Position numbers and translations under genes: made by a program | Shown: positions 50,480 through 61,500 of the stretch, piece after piece | How positions within the stretch are numbered: the first letter of the stretch is position 1 | How the letters are laid out: each line of letters starts with the position of its first letter | DNA from: Takakia lepidozioides | Taxonomy: Eukaryota; Plantae; Bryophyta | Assembly (NCBI GenBank): GCA_030704615.1 | Contig: CM060732.1 | Coordinates: 15,438,001 to 15,502,000 of the forward strand | Length of the DNA: 64,000 bases | Direction: 5' to 3' | The notes under the pieces: model-generated | Seen by the model: only the letters and a program-made list of their open reading frames with translations | What the model was told of the DNA's origin: nothing | The model's database searches: none

Positions 50480-51405
50480 CCACGTCAGGCAATTTAGATC
50501 CATCGCTTGCCCCAACACCTGACGACGTGAAGCCTCAGAAAGATAAGGCGCCACCGTGGTCCCAGTGGGAAAACCCATAGCCCGCTCTCGCTCGTCGGCA
50601 TTAGGCTCCACTAACTGCTGCAACTGGGCATCCCACATGAGGCCAGGTCCACTATCCCGGAAAGCATGTGGTCATGGGAAGCTGAGTAGTGTAGGTAGTG
50701 CTGCTCGTGGTTGACCCACCTTGTTGACCACTGCCAAAGGCGGACGGTCATCGTGTCTCACACCCTGAGACTGCTTCCATGTGTCCAAGATGTTATCTAC
50801 TGTGAGGTGTGCTGGCCGCTGCACCCCATCAAATGCACGCTTGAGCAGTGCGGGTGGCATCGAATTAGTCCACCATAGCTGTGGACGATGAGTCCGTGAC
50901 CCCACTGCAGCTGCATCTAGCAATACTGCTGACCCAAGCCACGACCGGACTTGATGCACACTGGCCAAGAATCGCCCATCAGTGGCACATTCTCCAAGAT
51001 GTATGTTGGAGATACAGCTTGATGAATTTGTAAGTGGCGGAAAACCCGCACCATCTCCCAAAACAGACCCGTCCTCGAGTCTCGCAATCATTTGCCATGC
51101 CCGGCGGATGAATGCCCTTGGCAGGGCCAACCTGCCACTACCAAATCAATGGAGCCAACCCGCTCAAATCCTGCGCCCCCAGCAAAGAGATGTCTGCTGG
51201 CAAGGCCTGCTGATATCCACGAACCGTAGACACCGGCAATAACTCAGGGTACTGTTTCACCGACTGAGCAACATAACGGAGTGAGATGCATCGTGTAGTC
51301 TCATCCCTCTCCACATACAAGTAACGCCGAACTCCTACACCTGCCTGTAGAACAACAGCCAATCCGGTGCTAATCCCGCCAAACAAGTCCAGAAGGCAAA
51401 TGCCT
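50480..51405 (-). pseudogene. C5 cytosine DNA methyltransferase domain (DNMT3-like) inside pol, frameshifted
   Basis: Motif I LLDLFGGI, II YVERD, III ADI, IV IDLVVAGWPCQGHSSAG (~51105-51150), VI YILENV (~50990), VIII HRPQLWWTN, IX ERERAMGFP, X RRQVLGQAM. Confidence 0.9.
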
Positions 51406-51699
51406 TCATCCGGACACTGCCACACGATCGGTGTGGTGTCCAATGGTGACAACTGAGGTGGTCCTGGTGCAATCCCCGCACTGTCCTCCTCTCTTGACGG
51501 TACAAAAGCCTCTACCCAGGCTTGTTGCACACGACAATCAACAACTTGCTGCAAATCCTTGCTCGAGCCCCACAATGGAGTGTGAGCAACCATGGCAGGC
51601 AACTCCGCCATACCATACATGTCATCCTGCTCTCTCGGAGGTGACACATCCTCTGAATAAGTGTTGTCATCATAACAACTCTCCAGGCCAAGTCACTGC

Positions 51700-52200
51700 A
51701 GCTATGAATGCTGCCAGTGTTGGCATCTTGCCTCGCTGGGCAACCACAACTCCTCTTATGAACGTCATAGGGAGCTGCACACGCGAGCCCTCCCCTGACT
51801 GCCATCCAGGCCTATAGGAAGCTGACTCCTCCCAAAAATCCAGGGTGAAGCCCATAGGGTACAACAATGCCCCACCAACAAGGACATCGTACGAGACCGC
51901 ATCTGTCACAATGGCCTTGGCTCTCATCACTGAGCCATCTGTAGGATGATCCGGCTGTAGTCGGATAACCAACACACGCCGTGTCATGCCCCGAGCCTGC
52001 TCTAATCCTCCCAGAGATGTCTGTATCTGGAAAGGCACGGCTCCATATCCGCCTCTATGAGGCCCAAGCCTGCAATAGCAACTCTGCCCAGCATCAATGG
52101 CTGAGCTCCCGAGTCCAACAAGACTCGTAGTGGCCGGTACCTCTTGCCTGCCGGTCCACTCAAACAGAAAATGTCATCCTGGTTGTCTATCATGACAACT
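51700..52200 (-). pseudogene. Aspartic protease of the DNMT-Gypsy
   Basis: VLLDSGAQP and YDVLVG motifs, separated by a frameshift. Confidence 0.8.
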
Positions 52201-52987
52201 CCAAGTGTCACCATGGCACGCTCAATGGCTGGCCTAGCTAACAGCTCCATCAACCTAGCAGCTACAGCTTGCCATGGCGCCGCCGTGGCAGTCTTGACCC
52301 TCACATCCGAGGATCCCTCCGGCACTACACCTCCCACTATCTCCGCAAAAGATGAAGTAACCTCCCCACTCTCACAGAGTGTCGCTACCAGCCTGAACAC
52401 CTTAGCTGGTCTTACCCCCGGCGTCGCAATCATGGTAGCCGAGAACAATGGAGCCTGACACACAGCTGTGGCCGTCCCCAGCAGCACACTAGCTGCCGTA
52501 GCCTTGGCAACACTAAGTAGTGGTGCTGCCCGTGTAGCTCTCCCCAATGGCATAGTAACCTCCACCTCGGTAACAGTTGAGCGAGAACTAGGTGCCGTGG
52601 ACGGCGTCGATACTATCTCCGCCAATGTGAATGACTGAGGAAGCCTGGCCTGACGGCTTGCCTCCCCACGTTGTGGATCCAAATCCACCTCCGCACCCTG
52701 TGGCTCAGGAACTCGTGCTGCTCCTCGAGTCACTGCCGCAACTAACTCCACTTGCACTAGTGGTAGTCCTGCCCCGCACATAGTGGTAGTGGTAGTGCTG
52801 CCCGGCACTAGTGGTAGTGGTGCCCCACCTACAGTGGTAGTGGTAGTGGCACCCCTCACTAGTGGTAGTGCTGCCCCGCACATGAATCCCATGCCTCCTA
52901 TGTTTTCTCCCTCAGAAGCAGGAGGTGGACCATCCAGCCTTGGAGCCAGTACCACCTGAGTTGTGGCTATGGTAGCGAGCCTCTGCT

Positions 52988-54403
52988 CTAGCTGCTGAAG
53001 CCGATTGGCCATGCCTTGGTCACCACCCTGACCTCCGACTCCTTGGCCATGTTGAGCTTGCCCTTGGCCTGCACCTTATGCCTGGCCACCTCGTCCTCTC
53101 TGGGCTGCTCCACCTCGCCCCCGGCCACCATTGTTCCCTTGGAACTGGCCTCGGCGCAACTCAGGATGCAAACCATAGCACTGGGCCTCTCCATGCCCGT
53201 ACTTGCCACAATGCCCACACTGCAACTGTGCAGGCTGTGCCGGTGCCAAACCATTGCCTCCCTCTGGGCAATCCTTCTTGACATGGGGTCCTCCACATGT
53301 CCAGCAAACCACATCCGCCGTTGTTGGCTTGCAAATGAAGGGAGAGACCCCTGCATCTGAGGTCCTCTCTGCCCTTCCCTGGGCTTCATCTGAGCCCCCT
53401 TGTTGCCTTGAGCATGTTGAGGTAGTGGCTGGCTAGGAGCACCACTACCCCGTGGTGCCTCCTTAGCAAATCCCACCATGACCACTCGTTCCTCCACCAT
53501 GTTGAGCTCTATCCGCTCTGCCAGCAAAAACACATTTGCTAAGGTGGGTTGGGCCGCTTGTAGGAGAGTTGCATCCCGCACCCTTCTCCTCAGCTCCTTG
53601 TCCAATATCCCGTACCAAAACTGGACTGCCTGAGCCTTCGTAACCCCTTGGGTTACATTTATCAAGCGCCTCATGCGAGTGAAAGCCTCCCTCAAGCTCT
53701 CAGTAGGCTTCCTCTGGAACTCTTGCAGGCTCCTCATCTTCTCTATCCTCACCCCTTGGTAGTTCCTTCTCAACTCTTCGAAGAACTCCACAACAGGGTT
53801 GAAGGCAGGCACCGCCACTGGTGCTGGTGCAGCAGTAGCTTGGGTGGACGTCGTAGTTGTTGTACCACTAGTCCCACTACTGCTCGTGGAAGCTGCTGCT
53901 GCCGGTGTGGCTGCTGCCCTTGTGCCTCTAGTGCCTCTAGTGATGGAGACATAGTCGGGTGACGAGTACATCCTCCACTCCTCGATCTCAACATCATGCC
54001 CCCGCCTAGACTCATGGTAATCATCCATGGGCGGCCCCTCAAGGTGCTGAAACAGCCCCTTCCATGCCATGAAAGGCGTAAACAGTTGTGGATTGCGCAT
54101 TTGCTGCAAGTCACACCAACTATCAAACTCTTGGATAAAATCATCCAACTCAATGGTGCCCACCACTCCAGAGTACCTTCGTGGCCCCTTGGTGGCTCCA
54201 TACATCTCCTCCATCGTGTCCCACAACAATGACAAAGAGACAACTTGCACCGCCGTTGTGGGTCCTCCTGATTCACACTTCGAATCAGAACCTTCCATAG
54301 AAGACACAGGAGGTGAAGGTGGCCTAAACCGCACACCTTGTCTCGTATACCCGCTAGTATCGCTAATGCTCGTACCGGCACTTTCCCCAGTAACTACTGG
54401 CAC
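52988..54403 (-). pseudogene. gag of the DNMT-Gypsy (frameshifted before the zinc knuckles)
   Basis: LQEFQRKPTESLREAFTRMRRL capsid-like region; CWTCGGPH..C and CGHCGKYGH..C knuckles in 53076..53312. Confidence 0.8.
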
Positions 54404-56624
54404 CTCCGTGTTGACAAACTGACACTCAACCGGTCATGAACCTGTCTGTAACCCCCTCTCCACAAGGTAACCGGGTAGAGAACCTGATGCGGCTTATGGT
54501 TTGGAATACTAAGTTCTTAACATAGCCTGCACCTGCACCTGCATCCACCGCAGGCACTCCCATGGTTGGCTAGTCATCACCTCCAACCTCACCACAGGAG
54601 AAACAAAGATGGTCTGACTGGTCATCAACCCAGCCTCACCATCGACAGCATGCTCTAGGGTGGGATCGGCGATCAAGCCCGAGTCCACCACCTATAAAAT
54701 CAAGCGCCCACACAAAACTAGCATGGCGCACAATCAAGCATGCAGGTGTGGAGAGGATCCAAACACAAGAATGAAAACAACAACTCCCCCACACCAAAAA
54801 TCTCTCCACAATGTCGCTCCTGCAACCCAGCCCAAACCCGGACTGACCCTTGCCTCCACCTACGGAAAGGTCTCAGCCTACAGAGAAGGTGGAAAGCTAC
54901 GAGGAAGGAAAGCTAAAGCAATGCCTATCCCCAGCATGCTCTCATCCCAACACCCTCTTTTTTCCTCTCTTCTCTTACTTGCATGACCATGAGAGCATCC
55001 TGTAGACACCCCTCAAACCGCTCTCCACGAGCTCATGAAACTTGGCCTCCAAGGCCCCATGCAAGCCTCCACAGGGTCCGCCAGTGCCTCTTTACATCCA
55101 CCAGCCATTCCTCAGAATGGAACCACCTTAGGAAACCACACCATTCGCCGAAGGTTCAAAAATGGAGCAAATAAAGGTACATATAGGCCCCAACAACATT
55201 CTGTCCAAAGGAATTACCTGCAGGCTGGTCTCCCCCATAGTTAAGAATTGGTTGAAAACCTGAAAAGATTACCTGCAGGGAAGTAATCCCCTTTGTTAAA
55301 ACGCAACAGGGAGGCAATTCCGACTTTTCTGCCGGATCAGCTAGCTCAAAACCGTTGTTCTTCAGAGCCCAGCCTCCCCATCAAGGTCCCACGAAACGAG
55401 AGCTCTTCCCGAGCTGGGGTTTGCTCCAGCACCTGCTGCCAACGAGCTATGGCCTCTGCGGAGCCATCAGCCCCGTCGCCCTGCATTCCTGAGCTCTCAC
55501 GGCCCACTAGGAGCGTCCCCAACTCAACAAGCAAGCCATATGCTGCCCAACAAGCTCAATTTTCTCCATGAAGCTTACAAAAACAAATCTGAAAATACAC
55601 ACCTTTACAACCTTGGTGTACCTGCAGTTCTACTGCACATTCCCTTGGCTCTAGGGCGCCTTGTTGTTGCCCTTCCAGCCCCGCTCTTGCCACTCCAAGA
55701 ACCCTTACACTGCTGAGTTTCAGATTGAAACTCCAACTCAGCAAATGTTTCACAAGTGCACTGATTTGCACACAAGAGGAACCTGCCCCCTCTCTTCACT
55801 CATACCTCTTTATGAGTTTGGAGCTGAAGCTACCAACGGGCTGCGATGCATCCCCTTGCAGCTCTACCATTCGGTTGCTCCTCATCTACCCGCAACAACT
55901 AGTCTCGGGCAGAAATACCTGGAGTTGATCATATCATCTCCAACCTGCAACATGCTAGCTTCCCATGCGCAGCCCACATTCCTGTAGCTCCTTAACTCAG
56001 CCTGCAGCTGAAGAAGACGACTACCAGTTCGCCCACTTGTGGCCAGTATCTCTTCCGCTTTACACTAGAAGCCCAAACTTGGTTGCCATAGCGTTGAGCC
56101 ATGCAACGCCGCTCTTCAACATAGGCTACCCGCCTCTCTATCCATGGCAAACCTGCAACCTGTTCGCCTTTGCACTCTATCCGCTTTGGATAGGCTCATG
56201 CACGGCTCTCTGCACTCTAGGCTGAACCACTTCTTATGATCTGAAAACACAAGTGCTACAGCTAACTCGAACCTGGCACTCACAGACTCGAGCCCATCTT
56301 TCTCGAGTGATAAGGAAAGAAAAGATACAAGCATACAAGCTCTCTCAAACTCACATACTTGCACATGAAAACATCACTCATATATTAAGTCGAGCCAAGT
56401 GCACCCCACGCCATGGGGAATCCACACTATGACGCCATAGCTAGACGCGGTGAGGCTCAACTCGAGAAAGATGAGCGCACCGCGATCTGCCGTGAAGATA
56501 ACAACGCCAGGTGCCCAAACATGTATTGGTCCCTGGATTGACACTTGGATCAATCCCAAATGTCAATATATAAAAGCTAGCTATTTCCTAGCTAACTTCA
56601 CACTAGTGGTAAAATAACTTGACA

Positions 56625-58005
56625 CCTGTCTTTGTGTCCTTTGGCATACTGGAGTGGGGCACATAGTTGTAGAGGACATTGTAGGTAACAGGGTCCACAA
56701 CGGCATCAACAAGACGACCGTCGTTGTGGAATTTGAATGTAGACCCTCTCTTCACAAAACAATATGCCTCAAACACCAATGTCTTCACATCCAACAAAAG
56801 AGGGATCAACTCCAAGGTCTAGTTTAGATACACCACGATATGAAGTGAATGCAATAGATTGATAACTTACACTCTGGCCCTCTGTTCGCAACCCCTGCGT
56901 ATTGATGCAGAACCATTTTTTGAGGAGGACCGGGGTGGCACTTTTCGGTGTCCACTTTGCCACAACATTCTCTGTGGTCTTCCCTCTTGTGGCAAGGACC
57001 ACCATACATCCACCGTCATCCAGGAGCATCCCCACCAGCCCAAACCCGGCTCTCCAGTAGTCCTCAGTAAACCTGTTCCAGGTGGGCATACCATCCAGGC
57101 CCTCCAGCAGCTCCCCATCTGGAATATCAAGGAGAATCATATCGCAGGCTCTCTCCACCTCACCTCACCCCCCCCCCCCCCGAGTGCTCTAGCAATCTGT
57201 GCTCACAACCGTGAAGAATTCCATCATGGCTTCCAAACCAGGGGTGTCTTTAGGCTCTGTAGCGGCAGCCCTCTTCTTGGCTTTCCCCTTCAGCTCCTCC
57301 AAAGACTTAATGTGTGCCACCTTCTTCGCCCTAGTAGCCAGAGCGTCAAGGAAGCTCTCATTGATGCACTGGATGATTGTTGGGGGTTCTAGCTTTGGCC
57401 TCTGTGGAAACGTCACCGCCGAATACCGCCGTGTAGGCTCGCCCTCAAATGCCAACTTCTTGGCAGAGCCAGTCCTAGTCTGAACTGACTTGGGAACCCG
57501 GACGACCGGTGACTTGGTAGCAGCAGCAGCAGTCGGAGGACCTTGCACAAAGTCGTCGTCGGAGTCACTCCCTTCGGGCCCCTCCTGCGCCTCCTCTGGT
57601 GCCCCGGTGGTTTTCTGTTTTTTGGGGGTTACTGTACTCCCCTGTTTCCGTGTCCTTTTCTTTTGTCCTTTATTCTTCTCATTCAATTTCTCCCGAATAC
57701 CTGCCTGAGCAAGCTCTGCCGCTTTCCTGGACTTGGCAAGCGCTTTCGCCTCCTTTGGACCCAACGGAGGCAGCAGAGCTCGGTTTCGTTGGGCCTCCGC
57801 ATCTAGCTTCAATTGAAACTTGGATGCATCGAGCGAGCCGGGCGGAAGGTCCACATACCAAGGGCAGTCGCGCAAATGCTCCAGATGCCACTCCTTCACG
57901 ATAATGTCAGTGTACGTGGAGTCAGCTCCAGGGTTCCTTCATGCGAGGAAGAATGGCGGCTCGAAGGACAAATGACCTTTCTCCAACAGGGAGAACTTGC
58001 AGTAC
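56625..58005 (-). pseudogene. Beta-class amino-DNA-methyltransferase-like gene (copy 3), truncated at both ends by retrotransposons
   Basis: HLRDCPWYVD; KVAHIKSLEELKG..; CDMILLDIPDG..WNRFTEDYW..LDDGGCMVVL..WFCIN; same intron before TLVFEAYCFVK as copy 2; cut before the SAM-binding motif I. Confidence 0.78.
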
Positions 58006-58069
58006 CTGGATTCAAGAAACCCACAGAGAATCAGGTCCCGGGAATGAGGTTAATTTCTCGAAATGAAAC

Positions 58070-58575
58070 TGCAAAAAAGCGCCGAATTTCTATGCGGGGT
58101 GGGCCCGGTGGTCCCGGCTCTCCGGGTTGTCGTGCAATGAAAGTGGAAATTCGGCGCCATTTTCCCCGTGGGCGAGGGGGCCCATTCTGGGACTTAGCCG
58201 GTTTGGGGCCCACTCTAGAAAAATGGCGCCGAATTTCCACTTTCCGGTTGGCTAGCACGAAACTGAAAATTCGTCGCCATTTTTCCAGGTTAGGGCCCAG
58301 CCCATTCTGGCACTTAGCCACTTCCGGACCCAACCTGGAAAAATGGCGCCGAATTTCCAGTACCGGGCCCCGAAAATGTCTAAGTCCCAGGGGTGGCTGG
58401 CACCCATTTTGGAAATTCGGCGCTTTTTTCCAGTTCCTGGCCCAGTGAGTTCTAGGACTAGCCATTTTTGGACCCAGCCTGGAAAAATGGTGCCGAATTT
58501 CCAGAATGTGTGCCATCCGCCCTAGGGACTTAGCCATTTTCGGGGCCCGGTACTGGAAATTCGGCTCCATTTTTC
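58070..58575. repeat. Eight imperfect palindromes GGAAATTCGGCGCCATTTTTCC in alternating orientation
   Basis: Copies at about 58074, 58146, 58218, 58266, 58338, 58412, 58481 and 58555, in the intron upstream of the copy-3 exon. Confidence 0.88.
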
Positions 58576-58582
58576 TAGGATG

Positions 58583-61500
58583 TGTCGCGCACCTCACTTC
58601 GGTAAGCTCCCCCTCAAGTCATAGTTACTCGCTTTGATGCACGCGCCTAACTCCCAACCTGGCCGCCGGGCCAACTTGGAGCTTCGGCTGCTCACCGGGG
58701 CATAACGGTCCCCTTTGTTCTCCCGAAGAACCCTCCACCGATTTGGAACCAGCCGGAATTCCCTTTGGTAGTTGGCAGTCCGGAACAGCTCCCCGCTCTT
58801 TGGTCGCTTTCCGGCTCGCTCGCTTACTCACTAGTTTTTGGTCACCAACGGGCTTGCACCGTTCTCGGGGTTACTACTCCCTATATATACTTCTGTAGCT
58901 GTCCGCGGGGGTTCCACAAACAGCCATGCCATTTTATGGTGAACCACCACAAAGACCCTCGATTCCCAGTGGTGAGTCGCGGTGAGTCTTGGCCCACTCA
59001 CCGCGGCCCCAATGGACCGTGATGAGTCCCAAGACTCCCCACGACTCCCACCTCGAGGTCTCCACCCCATGGTGAGTCCTATGCCACCCCCACTAAGTCC
59101 CACTAAGCTACCACCACCCCTTGTGGAGCCACCCCCACCGCAACCCGGTGTGCGGGGCTCCACCTAGTGAGCGCCTCCGCCTCCTTGAGTGCCTTGGGCA
59201 CTCAAGGGTGCTTCAGCCCCCGTACCTATCGCTGCTACTGCCCCCACCACAGGGGCAGCCCCTCCTGTGTCCCGACCCCCTGCCCTCAAGGCAAAGGGCC
59301 GCGACACACACCCCTACCAACAGGGAGTCGATGTCCTCATCGACTTGTCCATTTTGTAGAAACAAACATCCAAGTTGTGGCGTCCCACATCAAGGAGTTT
59401 GTTTCCGCACCATGGCGTCCCATGGCAAAGAACCAAACCCCACACTTGACTCTACTCTCCACTAGCTAGTTCGGCCGACTTCCTCCAAGTCCCGGCCAAG
59501 GGTGGAGCCTCTCAAGCTCCTCCCAGTGCACTCTTCTTGGCTTACTTCAAGGCCAAGGAACGATCCTCCCGAGGATCGAATCGCCTTACTGCAATAACAT
59601 TGCTTGCGACCGCTCATGATGCCACTTTTGGCATCACCTTGAGCAAGGGTTCACCTCGAACCCCCTTTGACTAGGAAGATAACCTTGAACCAACCGTGCG
59701 CCCCAATCACTACAATTGGGTTTGCCTTGGAATGCTGGCCTGAGGTACGGGAACACGCCGAAGCCGCACTACGACTTCGTCCCGAGGCTACACGATTATA
59801 GTACGTGAACGGAAGCACGTAGCTTCCGCGTTAGCCCGCACTTCAAGGCAACCCCTCGGTAGCGCAGTTATAGTACGCGCACGCGCCAGGTGCGCACTAG
59901 CACGTGAACTCCAAAGAAGGCGCAAGTTTCCTTGCCCCTTGGATGGGAGTCACCCGATTTTGGCACTGCGCAAACACACGATTAACCCAATTTACCTCTC
60001 CCACTTTTGTAAGCTAGCATGCATTCTACACACTAGCCAACCACACCATGCATCACCATTCCAAACAAAATAGGACGCACAACGTTTGGAACCCATTTCC
60101 TTTATAACAAATATTTGTACAATACAAGTTTTTGCAATCGGATTCCTGCGCTAGCTAAGCCGGGCTAAGCATGCATTTCCTCCCCCACGCTCCAAGGTTG
60201 ATGTCCCCATCAACGCTTCTTCCGCTTTTGAGGTCGCCCTTCGAAAACTGCAACCGCCTCGGATGCGTTTCCCATTTCTGAGGCACGCACCCAAGATGCC
60301 TCCACATGATGATAGCCCTTCCATTTGACGAGATACTCCGTTTCTTGGTTTTTGAACCTCCTCGACTTAAGTACTGCCTCCACCTCGTACTCAGGTTCAT
60401 TTTCATGATCCAACAGCACAGGTGGCGGACGTAACACTTGATGCCGATTCGGATGCGCTTCATCTTTGAAGTAAGGCTTCAAAAGGGAGACGTGGAATAC
60501 TGGATGCACCTTGCTGTTTGCCGGCAGCTCCAATTCATACACATCTTCATTCATAACCTTCCGGATGCGAAAAGGACCCGCAAACGGAGGTACGAACTTT
60601 GGACTCACTTCCGGAGGTAGTCGGAAATTCTTGATGTTCAACCAAACCTCCGTGCTTGCCTCAAACTTCACTTCCCTCCGCTTCCGATTCGCCTGCCTTT
60701 CATACCGTTTCCTAGCTTTGGCAATGTTGTACTTTGCGAGCTTCAACAAACGCTCGCGTTCTTCCATTACCGCCACTACTGCCGGTTCCTCAACGTCCTG
60801 GGCGGCCCAACTTGTCGGCACCAGAGGTGCTTTTCCATAGACCAATACGAAAGGGGAAACTCCCGTTGCGGAGTGTTTTGTGTTATTATAACAGAACTCT
60901 GCCGCGTCCAAGTGTTCCATCCAGTCTGATTGGTCTGCCGACACGTAATTCCGCAAGAATTGCTTCACTACGGAATTCACTCTTTCCGTTTGGCCGTCCG
61001 TCGTAGGTTGGAAGGCGGTGCTCATCTTCAGCCTCGTCCCCATCTTCTTCCAAAGTTTCCTCCAAAATTTACTCGTAAACTTTGGATCGCGGTCCGAGAC
61101 AATATCCTTCGGGACTCCATGATGCTTTAAGACGTGGGCGAAGTAAAGTCACCCTGTCTCCTGCGCCGTTGCCGTCTCCTTGGTGGGGATGAAATGGCCC
61201 ATTTTACTAAACCTATCCACCACCACCATGATTGCATCGAATCCTTTTGACAGCGGCATAGCAGTCATGAAATCCATCGAGACGTTTTCCCAAGTCCCCT
61301 CTGGAATCGGCAAGGGTTGTAACAGCCCTGCTTGCTTTTTGTACTCGCTCCGGTTTTGTTGGCATGTGGTGCATGTCTTGACATACTCCTCTGCCTCCTC
61401 CCTCAGTTTGGGCCAGAAATACTCTTTCTTCAAGAGTGTCGTAGTGCGCTTGGCTCCGCCGTGGCCCGCGCGGGCTATCATGGCATTATCTCAAGAGACT

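Larger units (their letters stand above)
41275..56630 (-). mobile_element. Ty3/Gypsy LTR retrotransposon with gag-PR-DNMT-RT-RH-INT-PHD, interrupted by a CACTA at 41662-46994; both LTRs partly truncated
   Basis: Domain order read from ORFs; ~95-bp direct repeat 41275-41368 and 56530-56624 (LTR overlap); PPT-like AGGGGGGCGA at ~41535-41544; candidate LTR termini TGATG (41531) and CATCA (54485). Confidence 0.82.

Noticed and set aside
56601-56620. CACTAGTGGTAAAA (also at ~41345) as a CACTA terminus
   Set aside because: It lies inside the shared LTR segment, with no subterminal repeats or partner end.
31299-59306. The two similar LTRs as ends of one element
   Set aside because: They are inverted; one is a 5' LTR followed by PBS/gag and the other a 3' LTR of a separate element.
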